Of a stretch of 64,000 nt of DNA, positions 10,021 through 20,647 are shown one piece after another. The DNA lies in the NCBI GenBank assembly GCA_964291235.2, contig OZ219816.1:1056001-1120000 (forward strand). The letters are read 5' to 3'. The notes under the pieces were generated by a model that did not search any database, was not told the origin of the DNA, and saw only the letters and a list, made by a program, of their open reading frames with translations. Made by a program: the position numbers and the translations under genes. The DNA is from Vicinamibacteria bacterium (lineage in GTDB: Bacteria; Acidobacteriota; Vicinamibacteria; Marinacidobacterales; Marinacidobacteraceae). The stretch's first letter is position 1. Every line of letters starts with the position of its first letter.

Positions 10021-11775
10021 ATGACGAAACCCTGGCGACGAACCGGCGCGCAACTCATCTGGGAAACCCTCATCGCGGAGGGGGTGGAGACGGTCTTCGG
10101 ATATCCCGGAGGGGCGATTCTCCCGGCGTACGACGCCATGCTGGACTACCCCATCCGGCACATCCTGGTGCGTCACGAGCAGGGCGCCACCCACATGGCG
10201 GACGGCTACTCCCGGGCGACCGGAAACGTCGGAGTCGCCGTCGCCACGTCCGGCCCGGGCGCCACCAACATGGTGACCGGCATCGCCACCGCGATGCTCG
10301 ACTCGTCGCCCATCCTCTGCATCACCGGGCAGGTAGGCAGCGCGCTCATCGGCACGGACGCCTTCCAGGAAACCGACGTTACCGGCGTCACCCTCCCCAT
10401 TACCAAGCACAACTACCTGGTGACGGAGGTGGACGACATCGCGCCGGCCATCCACGAAGCGCTCTACGTGGCTCGTTCGGGCCGGCCGGGGCCCGTGCTC
10501 GTGGACATCACCAAGGATGCCCAGCAAGCGTTGACGGATCAGCGCCCTCGGCTCGGGAAGGTGGACCTTCCCGGGTATCGGCCCGAGCCCAAGCCGCCGG
10601 AATCGGAACTGCGGCGCGCGGCCGAACTCATCAACCGGGCGGAGCGTCCGGTGATCCTGGCCGGACACGGGATCCTGATTTCCGGCGCGATGGGACAGGT
10701 ACGGGAGCTGGCCGAAGGCGGCCGCATCCCGATCGCCATGACCCTGCTCGGAATCGGCGCCATTCCGGCGAACCATCCGCTCAACATGGGGATGATGGGA
10801 ATGCACGGCGAGTCGTGGGTGAACCAGGCCATCCAGGAAGCGGACCTGCTGTTGGCGCTGGGGATGCGTTTCGACGACCGGGTGACCGGCAAGCTACAGA
10901 CCTACGCTCCCCAGGCGGCCAAGATCCATATCGACATTGACCCCGCGGAGTTCAACAAGAACGTGCGGGTGGACGTGGCGCTCGCGGGGGATCTGGCGGC
11001 GGTGTTGACCCATCTGCTTCCGGAGATCGAGCCCCGGGACCGCGCCGAATGGCTCGGAGCCATCTCGGGTTTCAAGGGCGACACCTCGGTGCGCGACATC
11101 CAGAACCTGCCCGACATGGGCAAGCTCTACGCCGCGCACGTGATCCACGACATCTGGCGCATGACGGACGGGAAGGCGATCGTGACCACCGACGTCGGCC
11201 AGCACCAGATGTGGGAGGCCCAGTACTACCGCCACAACGACCCGCGCTCCCTGATCACCTCCGGCGGCCTGGGCACGATGGGTTTCGCGCTTCCCGCCGC
11301 GGTGGGCGCCAAGGTGGCGCGTCCGGATGACGAGGTGTGGGTGATCGCGGGCGACGGCGGGTTCCAGATGACCATGTGCGAGCTGGCGACCATCGCGCAG
11401 GAGCGCCTCAAGCTGAACATCGCCATCATCAACAATGGCTATCTGGGGATGGTCCGCCAGTGGCAGGAGTTCTTCTACGACCGCCGCTATGCCGGCACGC
11501 CGATCCTGAGCCCGGACTTTGCGGCCCTCGCCCGCTCCTTCGGCCTCGGCGGCGAGACCGTGAAGAACCGGCAGGACGTCGAGGGTGCGGTGGAACGCGC
11601 CCGGGCCGACGGACGCACGGTGGTGCTGGACTTCCAGGTCGAAAAAGAGGACACGGTGTACCCCATGGTCCCCACCGGAGCCCGGCTCCAGGACATGATC
11701 CGGAGGCCCGAACGGTCTTCCGACGAAGAGTCGGAGGCGGAACCGGTAACGGCGGGCAAGGGGATGGAGTGGTGA
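10021..11775 (+). CDS. ilvB: Acetolactate synthase large subunit
   Basis: FGYPGGAILP, RHEQGA, TSGPGATN, DVGQHQMW, GDGGFQM TPP motif. Confidence 0.95.
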   Translation: MTKPWRRTGAQLIWETLIAEGVETVFGYPGGAILPAYDAMLDYPIRHILVRHEQGATHMADGYSRATGNVGVAVATSGPGATNMVTGIATAMLDSSPILCITGQVGSALIGTDAFQETDVTGVTLPITKHNYLVTEVDDIAPAIHEALYVARSGRPGPVLVDITKDAQQALTDQRPRLGKVDLPGYRPEPKPPESELRRAAELINRAERPVILAGHGILISGAMGQVRELAEGGRIPIAMTLLGIGAIPANHPLNMGMMGMHGESWVNQAIQEADLLLALGMRFDDRVTGKLQTYAPQAAKIHIDIDPAEFNKNVRVDVALAGDLAAVLTHLLPEIEPRDRAEWLGAISGFKGDTSVRDIQNLPDMGKLYAAHVIHDIWRMTDGKAIVTTDVGQHQMWEAQYYRHNDPRSLITSGGLGTMGFALPAAVGAKVARPDDEVWVIAGDGGFQMTMCELATIAQERLKLNIAIINNGYLGMVRQWQEFFYDRRYAGTPILSPDFAALARSFGLGGETVKNRQDVEGAVERARADGRTVVLDFQVEKEDTVYPMVPTGARLQDMIRRPERSSDEESEAEPVTAGKGMEW

Positions 11776-11779
11776 AGCG

Positions 11780-12382
11780 GTGACCTCCCCAGCGACCGGC
11801 CCGTCGGCCGAGAAGGTGCGGCCGCACATCTTCGCCGTATGGGTCGAAGACCTGCCGGGAGTCCTGAACCGCGTTACGTCGCTCTTCCGGCGGCGGGGAT
11901 TCAACATCGAGTCCCTCAGCGTCGGCCACGCGCGCGTTCCCGGAGTCTCGCGAATGACGATCGTGGTCCACACCGATCCGGGAGGCGCCCGCCGGCTTCT
12001 GGTTCAGCTTGTCCGACTCGTCAATGTGCTGCGCGCCGACGACATCAGCCATGAACCCGCGATTCACCACGAGCTGGCCATGTTCAAGATTGCGGCGACC
12101 GCCGAAGAACGCACCCAGGTGATCCAGCTCGCCGGGGCGACCGGAGCGCGCCTGGTGGACATCGCTCCGGGATCGGTGGTGATCGAAGCCACCGCCTCAC
12201 CGCAGAAGATCGACGGCCTCGCCGAGGTGCTCCGTCCCTACGGCATCCTCGAGCTGGTCCGGACCGGGCTGGTCGGGATGGCGCGGGGAGCCGCGAGCGT
12301 CATGACCGATCCCGTTCCGCGGAATCCCCCGAAGCGTCGCAAGGCGGCGGAGGATGATGGCGAGGGCTCGCACTCGGTTTAG
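11780..12382 (+). CDS. ilvN: Acetolactate synthase small (regulatory) subunit
   Basis: ACT domain PGVLNRVTSLFRRRGFNIESL; C-terminal ELVRTG; follows ilvB. Confidence 0.93.
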   Translation: MTSPATGPSAEKVRPHIFAVWVEDLPGVLNRVTSLFRRRGFNIESLSVGHARVPGVSRMTIVVHTDPGGARRLLVQLVRLVNVLRADDISHEPAIHHELAMFKIAATAEERTQVIQLAGATGARLVDIAPGSVVIEATASPQKIDGLAEVLRPYGILELVRTGLVGMARGAASVMTDPVPRNPPKRRKAAEDDGEGSHSV

Positions 12383-12502
12383 CATCTTTGACACAAGCGG
12401 ACGGCTGACACCAATTCCCCGCTCGCGTCCGCGGTTGCCGGGGCATTGCGAGCGGTGTTTCCGGCGAAACAGCGCATTCACCATTTCCGGAGGAACTCTT
12501 CC

Positions 12503-13516
12503 ATGGCCAACATCTACTACGACGACTCGGCGGATCTCAAGCTGATCCAGGGCAAGAAGGTGGCCGTTTTCGGCTACGGCTCACAGGGCCACGCCCACGC
12601 GCTGAACCTCCGGGACAGCGGGGTCGAGGTGCGGATCGCGCTGCACGCCGGGAGCCGCTCGCGGGCCCGCGCCGAAACCGAGGGGCTCACCGTCCTCTCC
12701 GGCCCCGAGGCGGCGGCCTGGGCCGACGTCATCATGGTGCTCACGCCGGATACCACGCAGGCGGCGATCTACGAGGAGCAGATCGCGCCGCATCTGGCGG
12801 CGGGCAAGACCCTCATGTTCGCCCATGGCTTCAACATCCGCTTCGGCACCATCAAGCCGCCCGCGGAGGTGGATGTCTCGCTCATTGCTCCGAAGGCGCC
12901 CGGGCACCGGGTCCGCGAACTCTTCATCGAGGGGGGCGGGACTCCGGCTCTCGTTGCGGTGGAACAGGACGCATCGGGACAGGCTCTCGCGCTGGCGCTT
13001 TCCTACGGCCGGGGAGTCGGGCTGACCCGCGCCGGGGTGATCGAGACCACCTTCGCCGAGGAGACCGAGACCGACCTCTTCGGAGAACAGAGCGTTCTTT
13101 GCGGCGGCGTGAGCGAGCTGATCAAGGCCGGTTTCGAAACGCTGGTAGAAGCCGGGTATCAGCCGGAGATCGCATACTTCGAATGCCTCCACGAGCTCAA
13201 GCTGATCGTGGACCTGATGTACCGGGGCGGCCTCAACTACATGCGGTATTCGGTCAGCGACACCGCCGAGCATGGGGATTACCACGGAGGCCGCCAGATC
13301 GTCACCGGCGAGACCCGGGCGGCCATGCGGAAGATCCTCGCGGATGTCCGGAGCGGCGCCTACGCCCAGGGATGGATCGACGAGGACCGGGCCGGCCGTC
13401 CCAATTTCATGGCGCGCCGGCGGGAGGAACAATCCCATCAGATTGAAGAGGTTGGCGCCGAACTCCGGAAGATGATGCCCTTCCTGGACGCGGTCACGTT
13501 GAAAGAGTCGGTCTGA
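12503..13516 (+). CDS. ilvC: Ketol-acid reductoisomerase
   Basis: [39 protein letters not shown]; GGAGG RBS upstream. Confidence 0.96.
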   Translation: MANIYYDDSADLKLIQGKKVAVFGYGSQGHAHALNLRDSGVEVRIALHAGSRSRARAETEGLTVLSGPEAAAWADVIMVLTPDTTQAAIYEEQIAPHLAAGKTLMFAHGFNIRFGTIKPPAEVDVSLIAPKAPGHRVRELFIEGGGTPALVAVEQDASGQALALALSYGRGVGLTRAGVIETTFAEETETDLFGEQSVLCGGVSELIKAGFETLVEAGYQPEIAYFECLHELKLIVDLMYRGGLNYMRYSVSDTAEHGDYHGGRQIVTGETRAAMRKILADVRSGAYAQGWIDEDRAGRPNFMARRREEQSHQIEEVGAELRKMMPFLDAVTLKESV

Positions 13517-13576
13517 TCGGCAGACTCGCGGATCTCGCTTCCCCGTAAGATTTCCGGCCTGCCGCGGGGGGCGTTC

Positions 13577-16204
13577 ATGCTTCGAGTTACCGTTTTTGCT
13601 TTGCTGGCCCTGGGGCTGGGTCTGCCGTCCGGGTTGGCTCAGGCGCAGGTGCGGGCGCCGGCCGAGGTTCTCGGTTTCGAGCCCGGCGACGACTACCAAC
13701 TGGCGCTTTGGGGGGAGCTGACCCCCTTCTACGAGCAGCTCGCCGCAGCCAGCGATCGAGTGGAGATCCGCCAGATTGGGGAGACGGTCCTCGGGAAGCC
13801 GCTCCTGGTCCTGTTCATCTCCTCACCGGAGAACCTCGCCGAACTGGATCGCCACCGGGCGAACGCGCGGGCGCTCGCCCATGCGGAGATTCCGGAAGAC
13901 GAGGCGGTGCGTCTTTCCCGCGAGGGGAAAGCGGTCGTCTGGATCGATGCCGGATTGCACGCCACCGAGGTGGCGCCGGCGCAGATGATGCCGCTCCTCG
14001 CCCACCGGGTCGCCACCGAGGAATCCGAGGAGATGCAGAAGATCCGGGACGAGGTGATCCTGATCCTGATGCCGTGCATGAATCCGGACGGCCTGGACAT
14101 CGTGGCGTCGTGGTACCGCCGGAACCTCGAGACTCCCTTCGAAACCACCCGCCCGCCCGAGCTCTACCACCACTACGTCGGCCACGACAACAACCGCGAC
14201 TGGTTCATGAACAACATGCCGGAGACAGCGGCGGTCAGCCGGGTGCTGTACCACGAGTGGTTCCCGCAGATCGTTTACAACCACCATCAGACGGGTCCCG
14301 CGTGGGCGCGGATTTTTCTGCCGCCATTCGCGGACCCGGTGAATCCCAAGATTCACCCGGGAGTCACCACGTCGGTGAACCTCATCGGGTCGGCGATGGC
14401 AAACCGTTTCGCGATGAAGAAGATGCCGGGAGCGGTCTCGGACATGATCTACTCGATGTGGTGGAACGGGGGCATGCGTACAGCCCCGTACTTCCACAAC
14501 ATGATCGGGCTCCTTACCGAGACCTCGCATGCCTCGGCGAGCCCCCGGATGTACGACCCCGAGGACCGTCCCGAGTTCGTGGGGAATCCGCGCCGCGGAC
14601 AGGCGGCGCCGACGAACGGCACGGATGTCTTCTATCCGTATCCGTGGCCGGGCGGGGAGTCGCGGTTCTCCGATCCGATCCGCTACACGCTGACCGCCTC
14701 GATGGCTGTCCTCGACGTCGCGGCGGATCTCCGCGAGAAGTGGCTCTTCGACATCTGGCGGATGGGGCGGGACGCGATCGAGGGGAGTGATGCCAGCTGG
14801 ATCGTGCCGGCCGAGCAGTGGGATGCGGGCGAGGCGGCAGCACTCGTGAATGTGCTTCACGAGGGAGGCATCGTGATTGAGCGCGCGGACGAGGCGTTCG
14901 AAATCGACGGCGAAACCTACGGTGAAGGCACCTACGTCGTTCGCGGAGAGCAGGCATTTCGCGCCTATGCCGACGATCTGCTGGAGCCGCAGGAGTACCC
15001 CGATCGGCGGCGCACGCCGGACGGGCCGCCCGACCCTCCCTACGACCTCGCGGGCTGGACGCTGCCGATGCAGATGGGGGTGCGGGTAGATCGCGTCGCC
15101 GAGCTGCCCGAGTTCGCGTCCACGAGGGTTGACGGCCCGGTCCACTCCCCGGCCGGTGAGGTCTCCGGAGGGGGGTCGTTCGGCTACGCGATCTCGCATC
15201 GGCCGAACGCGGCGGTCATCGCCCAGAACCGGTTGCTCGCGGCGGGCGCGGAGGTCGCCTGGGCGGCGGAAGGATTCCGTGACGGGGGAACCGACTACCC
15301 CGCGGGGACGCTGGTGGTCCGGAAGTCGGATCCCGCCGACGCCGCGATGGAGGGAATCGCCTCGGAACTGGGCCTGGACGTCGCCGGGCTTGCCGGCGCC
15401 CCGAACGTGGAACTCTTGCCGCTCGAGCCGGTGCGCGTCGGACTCTACAAGTCCTACGTGGCGAGCATGGACGAGGGTTGGACCCGCTGGCTGCTCGAGA
15501 ACTACGAATACGACCTCACGAGCCTGTCCGACGACGACATCCGCACGGGGGACCTCTCGCGGTTCGACGTGATCGTCCTGCCGCACCAATCCGCGGACGC
15601 CATCCTGCAAGGACACGCTCCCGGCACCATGCCGGAGGAATTCACCGGCGGAATTGGTCTCGAGGGGTCTCTCGCGCTCAGCCGTTTCGTCGAGGAGGGC
15701 GGCACGCTCGTGACCCTCGACGGCGCGAGCGACTTCGCGATCGCCCAGTTCGGACTGCCGCTCCGCAACGTTACGGCCGGGCTTGCCGACCGCCGTTTCT
15801 TCATCCCGGGGTCGCTGATCCGGGCCCAGGTGGACACCTCGCACCCGCTGGCGTTCGGGATGCAGGACGAGGTGGCGACCCAGTTCGTCCGCAGCCGCGC
15901 GTTCGACACGGTGAGCATTCCACGGACGCGGGAGGGTGGCCAGGAAACCACCGAGGAGCCGGCCCCCGCCAACGTCGAGGCCATCGCCCGCTATGCCGAG
16001 GAGGAGATTCTGATGAGCGGTTGGGCGCTCGGGGAGGAGGATGCGATCGGCGGCAAGATCGCCATGGCCAGGGTGCCGATGGGGGCGGGCGAGGTCGTGC
16101 TCTTCGGCTTCCGTCCCCAATTCCGGGGCCAGCCCCGCGGAACCTACAAGCTGTTCCTGAACGCGCTGAACGGCGCCACGGTGGAGGATCTCGGGGCCCG
16201 GTAG
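13577..16204 (+). CDS. Exported M14-family zinc carboxypeptidase
   Basis: Signal peptide; LHATE, MNPDG, DNNRD, NHHQ, MDEGWTRWLLE; paralog of 3949-6543. Confidence 0.85.
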   Translation: MLRVTVFALLALGLGLPSGLAQAQVRAPAEVLGFEPGDDYQLALWGELTPFYEQLAAASDRVEIRQIGETVLGKPLLVLFISSPENLAELDRHRANARALAHAEIPEDEAVRLSREGKAVVWIDAGLHATEVAPAQMMPLLAHRVATEESEEMQKIRDEVILILMPCMNPDGLDIVASWYRRNLETPFETTRPPELYHHYVGHDNNRDWFMNNMPETAAVSRVLYHEWFPQIVYNHHQTGPAWARIFLPPFADPVNPKIHPGVTTSVNLIGSAMANRFAMKKMPGAVSDMIYSMWWNGGMRTAPYFHNMIGLLTETSHASASPRMYDPEDRPEFVGNPRRGQAAPTNGTDVFYPYPWPGGESRFSDPIRYTLTASMAVLDVAADLREKWLFDIWRMGRDAIEGSDASWIVPAEQWDAGEAAALVNVLHEGGIVIERADEAFEIDGETYGEGTYVVRGEQAFRAYADDLLEPQEYPDRRRTPDGPPDPPYDLAGWTLPMQMGVRVDRVAELPEFASTRVDGPVHSPAGEVSGGGSFGYAISHRPNAAVIAQNRLLAAGAEVAWAAEGFRDGGTDYPAGTLVVRKSDPADAAMEGIASELGLDVAGLAGAPNVELLPLEPVRVGLYKSYVASMDEGWTRWLLENYEYDLTSLSDDDIRTGDLSRFDVIVLPHQSADAILQGHAPGTMPEEFTGGIGLEGSLALSRFVEEGGTLVTLDGASDFAIAQFGLPLRNVTAGLADRRFFIPGSLIRAQVDTSHPLAFGMQDEVATQFVRSRAFDTVSIPRTREGGQETTEEPAPANVEAIARYAEEEILMSGWALGEEDAIGGKIAMARVPMGAGEVVLFGFRPQFRGQPRGTYKLFLNALNGATVEDLGAR

Positions 16205-16242
16205 GCGAGGCCCGTCTCGTACGGCTAGAATCCGCGCCTCTC

Positions 16243-16509
16243 ATGGCCAGAACCTGCAAGCTGACCGGAAAGCGCCCCCTCACCGGGAACGCGATCAGCC
16301 ACGCTCACAACAAGACGAAGCGGCGCCAGCTTCCCAACCTGCAGTGGAAATCCGTTTGGGTTCCCGAGTTGGAGCGGTCCGTCCGCCTGCGCCTCAGCGC
16401 CCGCGCCCTCCGCACCATCGACAAGAAGGGTCTGCTCAGCTTCCTCAAGGACGAGGGCCTGCGCCTCCGGGACGTCCTCCCGGCCCGCGCTCACGCCCGC
16501 AACCTGTAG
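16243..16509 (+). CDS. rpmB: 50S ribosomal protein L28
   Basis: MARTCKLTGKRPLTGNAISHAHNKTKRRQLPNLQ...LRLSARALRTIDKKG; TAGAAT -10-like box upstream. Confidence 0.96.
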   Translation: MARTCKLTGKRPLTGNAISHAHNKTKRRQLPNLQWKSVWVPELERSVRLRLSARALRTIDKKGLLSFLKDEGLRLRDVLPARAHARNL

Positions 16510-16632
16510 GGCAGGGGCCGGCCGCGGCCGCTCCCCCTGGTAACGGCCTTCGACCGGCATCGCGGCCGGCAGCGCCGCCAAACACGCGGCGCCAGTCCGC
16601 CGAGGCTGACAAGCCCCGGATCCGTGTCCGCG

Positions 16633-17043
16633 TCACGCGGGAAGAAAACCCTGCTCCCTGAAGTGCCCGTCGTACGTGAACGCGTGCCGGATCCGGCGGT
16701 CGCGCATCACCTCGAAGGAGAGCCAGTCCACGAGCGACACCTGGCGCCGGCCGGCGGCGAACATGGCCGCAGCGGCGCGGCGGTGCAGCTTCTCGTCGAT
16801 CCAGACGACCTCGGCGACCGGCAGCAACCCCTCGTGGAGTTCTCGGACCGCCTGCATGCCCAGTCGCCGGGCGATGAGCGCGGTCGCTTCCATGATGATC
16901 GCATGATGCGTGAGCAAGGGTTGCTGGCCGCTGCGAGTGCTGGCGAGCAGCCGATCCCAGGTCCGTTTTGCGTGGTCATGAAACCGCTGTTCAGCGTCGA
17001 GCAGGGTGTAGAGCGCCGAGGTGTCGACGAAAACGGGCGGCAT
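16633..17043 (-). CDS. vapC: PIN-domain (VapC-type) toxin
   Basis: VFVDTSA, IIMEA, SLVDWLSFEVM, AFTYDGHFREQGF; ATG overlaps the antitoxin stop (TGATG). Confidence 0.88.
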   Translation of the reverse strand: MPPVFVDTSALYTLLDAEQRFHDHAKRTWDRLLASTRSGQQPLLTHHAIIMEATALIARRLGMQAVRELHEGLLPVAEVVWIDEKLHRRAAAAMFAAGRRQVSLVDWLSFEVMRDRRIRHAFTYDGHFREQGFLPA

Positions 17044-17507
17044 CACTCGGGTAAGCGCCACCTTGCCATCTCCTCCTCCAGGATCTCCACGTAAGCCTCG
17101 TCGTGGTTCTCGGCGAGGTCGCGGCGCCCGGAGCGGAACGCTCCGACGGGTCGTCGGGCCCGTTCGATCAGTTCGTCCAGCGCGCTGCCGCCGCGGAAGG
17201 CGTCGAGCGCCTGGTGGAGCAGGCTGTCCGGCAACAGGCCGAGTTCTCCCGCCAGCCGGTGCAGTCGCTCGGTCGCGTTCTCGGTGAGACTTCCGGGAGC
17301 GTCCGAGCCGTACGGCTGGGTTCCCTCCTCCACACTGGCAGCGCCCGGTTCCGCGGGCGTTTCCGGGTGGCGCGGAGCGACAACCGGAACCAGGCGGGCG
17401 ACGGGACGGCCCCACTTGGTGATGGTTACCGGAGTGCGGGTGGCGGCGACCTCGTCCAGGATCCGGAGGCAGGTGTCCTTGAATTTGCCGGCGGAAATGG
17501 AACGCAT
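17043..17507 (-). CDS. Antitoxin: N-terminal Phd/YefM domain fused to a CopG/RHH-like VapB domain
   Basis: MRSISAGKFKDTCLRILDEV..PVTITKWGRPVARLVP (Phd-like), then LTENATERLHRLAGELG...VGAFRSGRRDLAENHDEAY (VapB-like). Confidence 0.75.
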   Translation of the reverse strand: MRSISAGKFKDTCLRILDEVAATRTPVTITKWGRPVARLVPVVAPRHPETPAEPGAASVEEGTQPYGSDAPGSLTENATERLHRLAGELGLLPDSLLHQALDAFRGGSALDELIERARRPVGAFRSGRRDLAENHDEAYVEILEEEMARWRLPE

Positions 17508-17530
17508 CCAAGAAATATAGCCATAGCCAG
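17508..17530 (-). promoter_or_regulatory. Putative -10 box and operator-like GGCTAT direct repeat of the TA operon (possibly leaderless)
   Basis: Minus strand reads ggctatggctatatttcttggATG: TATATT lies 6 nt before the ATG, with no SD. Confidence 0.4.
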
Positions 17531-17619
17531 ATTCCGCTGCAAACCCCGACGACCTCCGGGGACCGTGGGTCCGGCGTCGCCGGTGGTTCCGTAGAATCGG
17601 CGCCCCGAGAGGAACATCC

Positions 17620-20211
17620 ATGCACCTGCGTCCCAGCCTCGTCCTCGTCCTGTTGGCCACCCCGCTCTTCGCCGGGCCCCAGCGCTGGCCGCCGCCGCCC
17701 ATCATCCAGGGAGTGGCGGAGGCGTATCCGCCCGCCCGTCACGGTGGGAACTACATGCACAACTACTACTTCCCGCCGGCCCCGAGCAGCACTCCGTGGG
17801 CGCCGGCCTGGTCACCGGACGGGAAATCGATCGCGGTGGCGATGTCGGGCTCGATCTGGCGGGTGGACCCCGAAACCGGGATCGCTGACGAGCTGACCTC
17901 CGGGCCCGGCTACCACTCGCTACCCACCTGGTCGCCGGACGGGAGGTTCATCGTTTTCACGGTGGACCGGAACGGCCAGAACATCGGTCTTGCGCTCGTG
18001 GATCTGACGACGGGGGAGAGCCGGATGCTGACGGACGACGACTTCCTCTACATGGACCCGGCCTTCTCCCCGGACGGGAACCGGCTCGCCTACGTCTCCA
18101 CGAAGCCGTCGGGCTACTTCAATGTCTATGTCCGCGAGTTCGAGAACGGGGAGCTCGGGTCGGAAGAGATCGCCCTCACCCGGGACGAGAACTACGGGAA
18201 AGAGCGGCTCTACTTCGGCTCCTGGGACATGCACATCACCCCGGCCTGGATGCCGGACTCCCGGGAACTCCTGATGGTTTCGAACCACGAGGTGCCGCTC
18301 GGCTCGGGGAACGTGGTCCGGACTCCGATGGCGGTGGACGGCTTCGAGGAGGGGGTCGCCGTCCTCGCCGAACAATCCCTGTACCGGACCCGTCCGGACG
18401 TCTCGATCGACGGGAAGCGGTTCATCTATTCCTCGACGGCGGGCGCGGCGGATCAGTTCTCGAACCTCTACGTGCAGCCGACCGACGGCGGATCCCCCTA
18501 CAAGCTGACCTTTTTCGAGCACGACGCCTTCCACCCCCGCTGGTCCCCGGACGGCGAGTGGATCGCCTACATCGACAATTCCGGCGGACTGCCGCAGCTC
18601 GCTCTCCTGGAAACCTACGGGGGGAAGCGCCGCGTTCTCGAGATCACCCGGCGTAACTGGAGCCGGCCCATGGGGGTGCTCTCGGTGCGCACGGTGGACG
18701 CCGCGACGGATGAGGAGGTTGCCGCCCGCATCCACCTTGAGGCTGCCGACGGGCGTTTCTACGCGCCGCCGGATGCCTACGCCCGGATCGGCGGCGCGGC
18801 GGAACACTCGTTCCACCAGGCGGGGAGTTTCCGGATGGAGGTTCCCGTCGGTGCGCTCGAGATCGAGGCGGTGCGGGGCTTCGAGTACGAGCCGATGAGT
18901 GTACGGGTGGAAATCACGGCCGGTGATGTCACCGAGTTGACCCTCCGCCTCCCGCGGATCACGGACATGGCAGCGAAGGGGTGGTGGAGCGGTTCCACCC
19001 ACGTCCACATGAACTACGCCGGAAATCTCCACAACACGCTCGAAAACCTGATGTTCATGTCGGACGCCGAGGATCAGGACGTGGTGCTGGAGCAGGTCGC
19101 CAACAAGGACAACCGCATTCTCGACTACCAGCACTTCCTTCCCGGCGGGGGCGCGCATCCGCTCTCCACGGCGGACCGGGTGCTGGTGGTGGGCCAGGAA
19201 TACCGGCCGCCCTTCTACGGCCACGTCTTCTACTTCGGCCTTGAAGAGCACCTGATCTCGCCCTACACCACCGGCTACGAGGGCACGGGAATCGAGAGTC
19301 TTTATCCGTCGAACACCGACATGTTCCGAAAGGCGAAGGCTCAGGGTGCGACGGTGGGTTACGTGCACGCCTTCTTCGGAGAAAACGATCCGCTGGTCGG
19401 CCCGGAGGGAAGTCCTGGCAGCCTCGGTGGCGCGAAGGGATACATGGTGGATGCGGCCCTCGGCACCACGGACGCGGTGGAGTGGTCCTCGGCGTCGCGG
19501 GCGGGGTTCTTCCCGTGGTACGCCACCATGAACAACGGTCTCCGGGTCACTGCCGTCGGCGGCGAGGACTCCATCAGCAACATGCAGCGGTCCAAGCTGG
19601 TCGGTTCGGTGCGCACCTACGTGCACACCGGAGAGCGCGGGCTGGATCTGGACGCCTTCCTCGAAGGCATCCGGGAGGGCAGGGCATTCGTGAGTTGCGG
19701 GCCGGTGCTCGATTTCCGGGTCAATGGACGGATACCGGGGGACGAGGTACAGCTCCCGGAGTCTGGAGGCGAGGTGGAGTGGAGCGCCTGGGTTCGCTCC
19801 TCGACCCCGCTCGAGCGGGCGTGGATCGTTTCCGGCGGCGAGGACGTAGCCGAGGTGGCGCTCTCCGAGGATCGGCGTTCGGCCCGCGCGACCGGTCGCG
19901 TCGCGATGGAGCGGAGCGGCTGGATGATTCTCCGGGCGGAGGGAGCGCCGGAGGCAGCCCGCCCGCTGGACTGCGGCTACGCCCAGGCGTTCACGAATCC
20001 GGTCTGGGTCATGGCCGGCGACCAGCCGGTCCGCAGCGCCGCTGCCGCCGACTACTCGATTCGCTGGATCGACCGGCTCCGTGAGATGGCGGAAGCGTGG
20101 GAATACTGGCGGTCGGATGCCGAAAAGGCCCACGTGTATGCCCAGTTCGACGAGGCTCGGGCGGTCTACGAGGGGTTTCTCGTTGAGGCGCGCGCCCTGG
20201 GCCGAGAATGA
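17620..20211 (+). CDS. Exported PD40/TolB-like beta-propeller fused to CehA/McbA-family metallohydrolase
   Basis: Repeated PAWSPDG-like motifs; THVHMNY, GQEYRP..GH, YVHAF, GGEDS metal-site motifs; C-terminal AFTNPVWV. Confidence 0.75.
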   Translation: MHLRPSLVLVLLATPLFAGPQRWPPPPIIQGVAEAYPPARHGGNYMHNYYFPPAPSSTPWAPAWSPDGKSIAVAMSGSIWRVDPETGIADELTSGPGYHSLPTWSPDGRFIVFTVDRNGQNIGLALVDLTTGESRMLTDDDFLYMDPAFSPDGNRLAYVSTKPSGYFNVYVREFENGELGSEEIALTRDENYGKERLYFGSWDMHITPAWMPDSRELLMVSNHEVPLGSGNVVRTPMAVDGFEEGVAVLAEQSLYRTRPDVSIDGKRFIYSSTAGAADQFSNLYVQPTDGGSPYKLTFFEHDAFHPRWSPDGEWIAYIDNSGGLPQLALLETYGGKRRVLEITRRNWSRPMGVLSVRTVDAATDEEVAARIHLEAADGRFYAPPDAYARIGGAAEHSFHQAGSFRMEVPVGALEIEAVRGFEYEPMSVRVEITAGDVTELTLRLPRITDMAAKGWWSGSTHVHMNYAGNLHNTLENLMFMSDAEDQDVVLEQVANKDNRILDYQHFLPGGGAHPLSTADRVLVVGQEYRPPFYGHVFYFGLEEHLISPYTTGYEGTGIESLYPSNTDMFRKAKAQGATVGYVHAFFGENDPLVGPEGSPGSLGGAKGYMVDAALGTTDAVEWSSASRAGFFPWYATMNNGLRVTAVGGEDSISNMQRSKLVGSVRTYVHTGERGLDLDAFLEGIREGRAFVSCGPVLDFRVNGRIPGDEVQLPESGGEVEWSAWVRSSTPLERAWIVSGGEDVAEVALSEDRRSARATGRVAMERSGWMILRAEGAPEAARPLDCGYAQAFTNPVWVMAGDQPVRSAAAADYSIRWIDRLREMAEAWEYWRSDAEKAHVYAQFDEARAVYEGFLVEARALGRE

Positions 20212-20284
20212 GAAACCCGGTGACCAGCGGAATGGGCCGAGCCGCGTGGCCGGGTTCCGGCCGTCTGCCTGATACCCTCGGGCC

Positions 20285-20626
20285 ATGAGCCTGATGGGAC
20301 GGGCCCTCGGGACGAAGGCCCCGTTCGTTCCGCCGAATCAGATCGACGATGTGCTGCGCGACGACGAGGTACTTCTGCTGGATGTGCGGACCGCCGTGGA
20401 GCTGGCCGAATCGGGGACCATCCCGGGGGCGCTCCACATCCATCTCGGAGAACTCGCCGACCGGCTCGACGAGTTGCCCCGCGGCCAGCCGGTGCTGACC
20501 ACCTGAATGGTGGGCCCCCGGGCTGCGCGTGCCGCGGCCATTCTGGAGAAGGCAGGTTTCGAAGTCGTGGGTTATTGCGGCCTCAAGCAATACGCGGGCG
20601 CCCGGGAGTACCGCCCGCTCAACTGA
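20285..20626 (+). CDS. Rhodanese-domain selenoprotein (Sec at TGA 20504-20506), cytoplasmic, 113 aa
   Basis: LLDVRT..E...GTIPGALHIHL..L...LDELP..PVLTT-[TGA]-MVGPRAARAAAILEKAGFEVVGYCGL; read-through completes the rhodanese fold; hairpin follows the TGA. Confidence 0.85.
20507..20545 (+). promoter_or_regulatory. Putative bacterial SECIS element 1
   Basis: GGCTGCG-CGTGC-CGCGGCC stem-loop; loop starts 21 nt after the UGA and contains G. Confidence 0.7.
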
Positions 20627-20647
20627 TTCCCAATAGGAGGGTCCACG

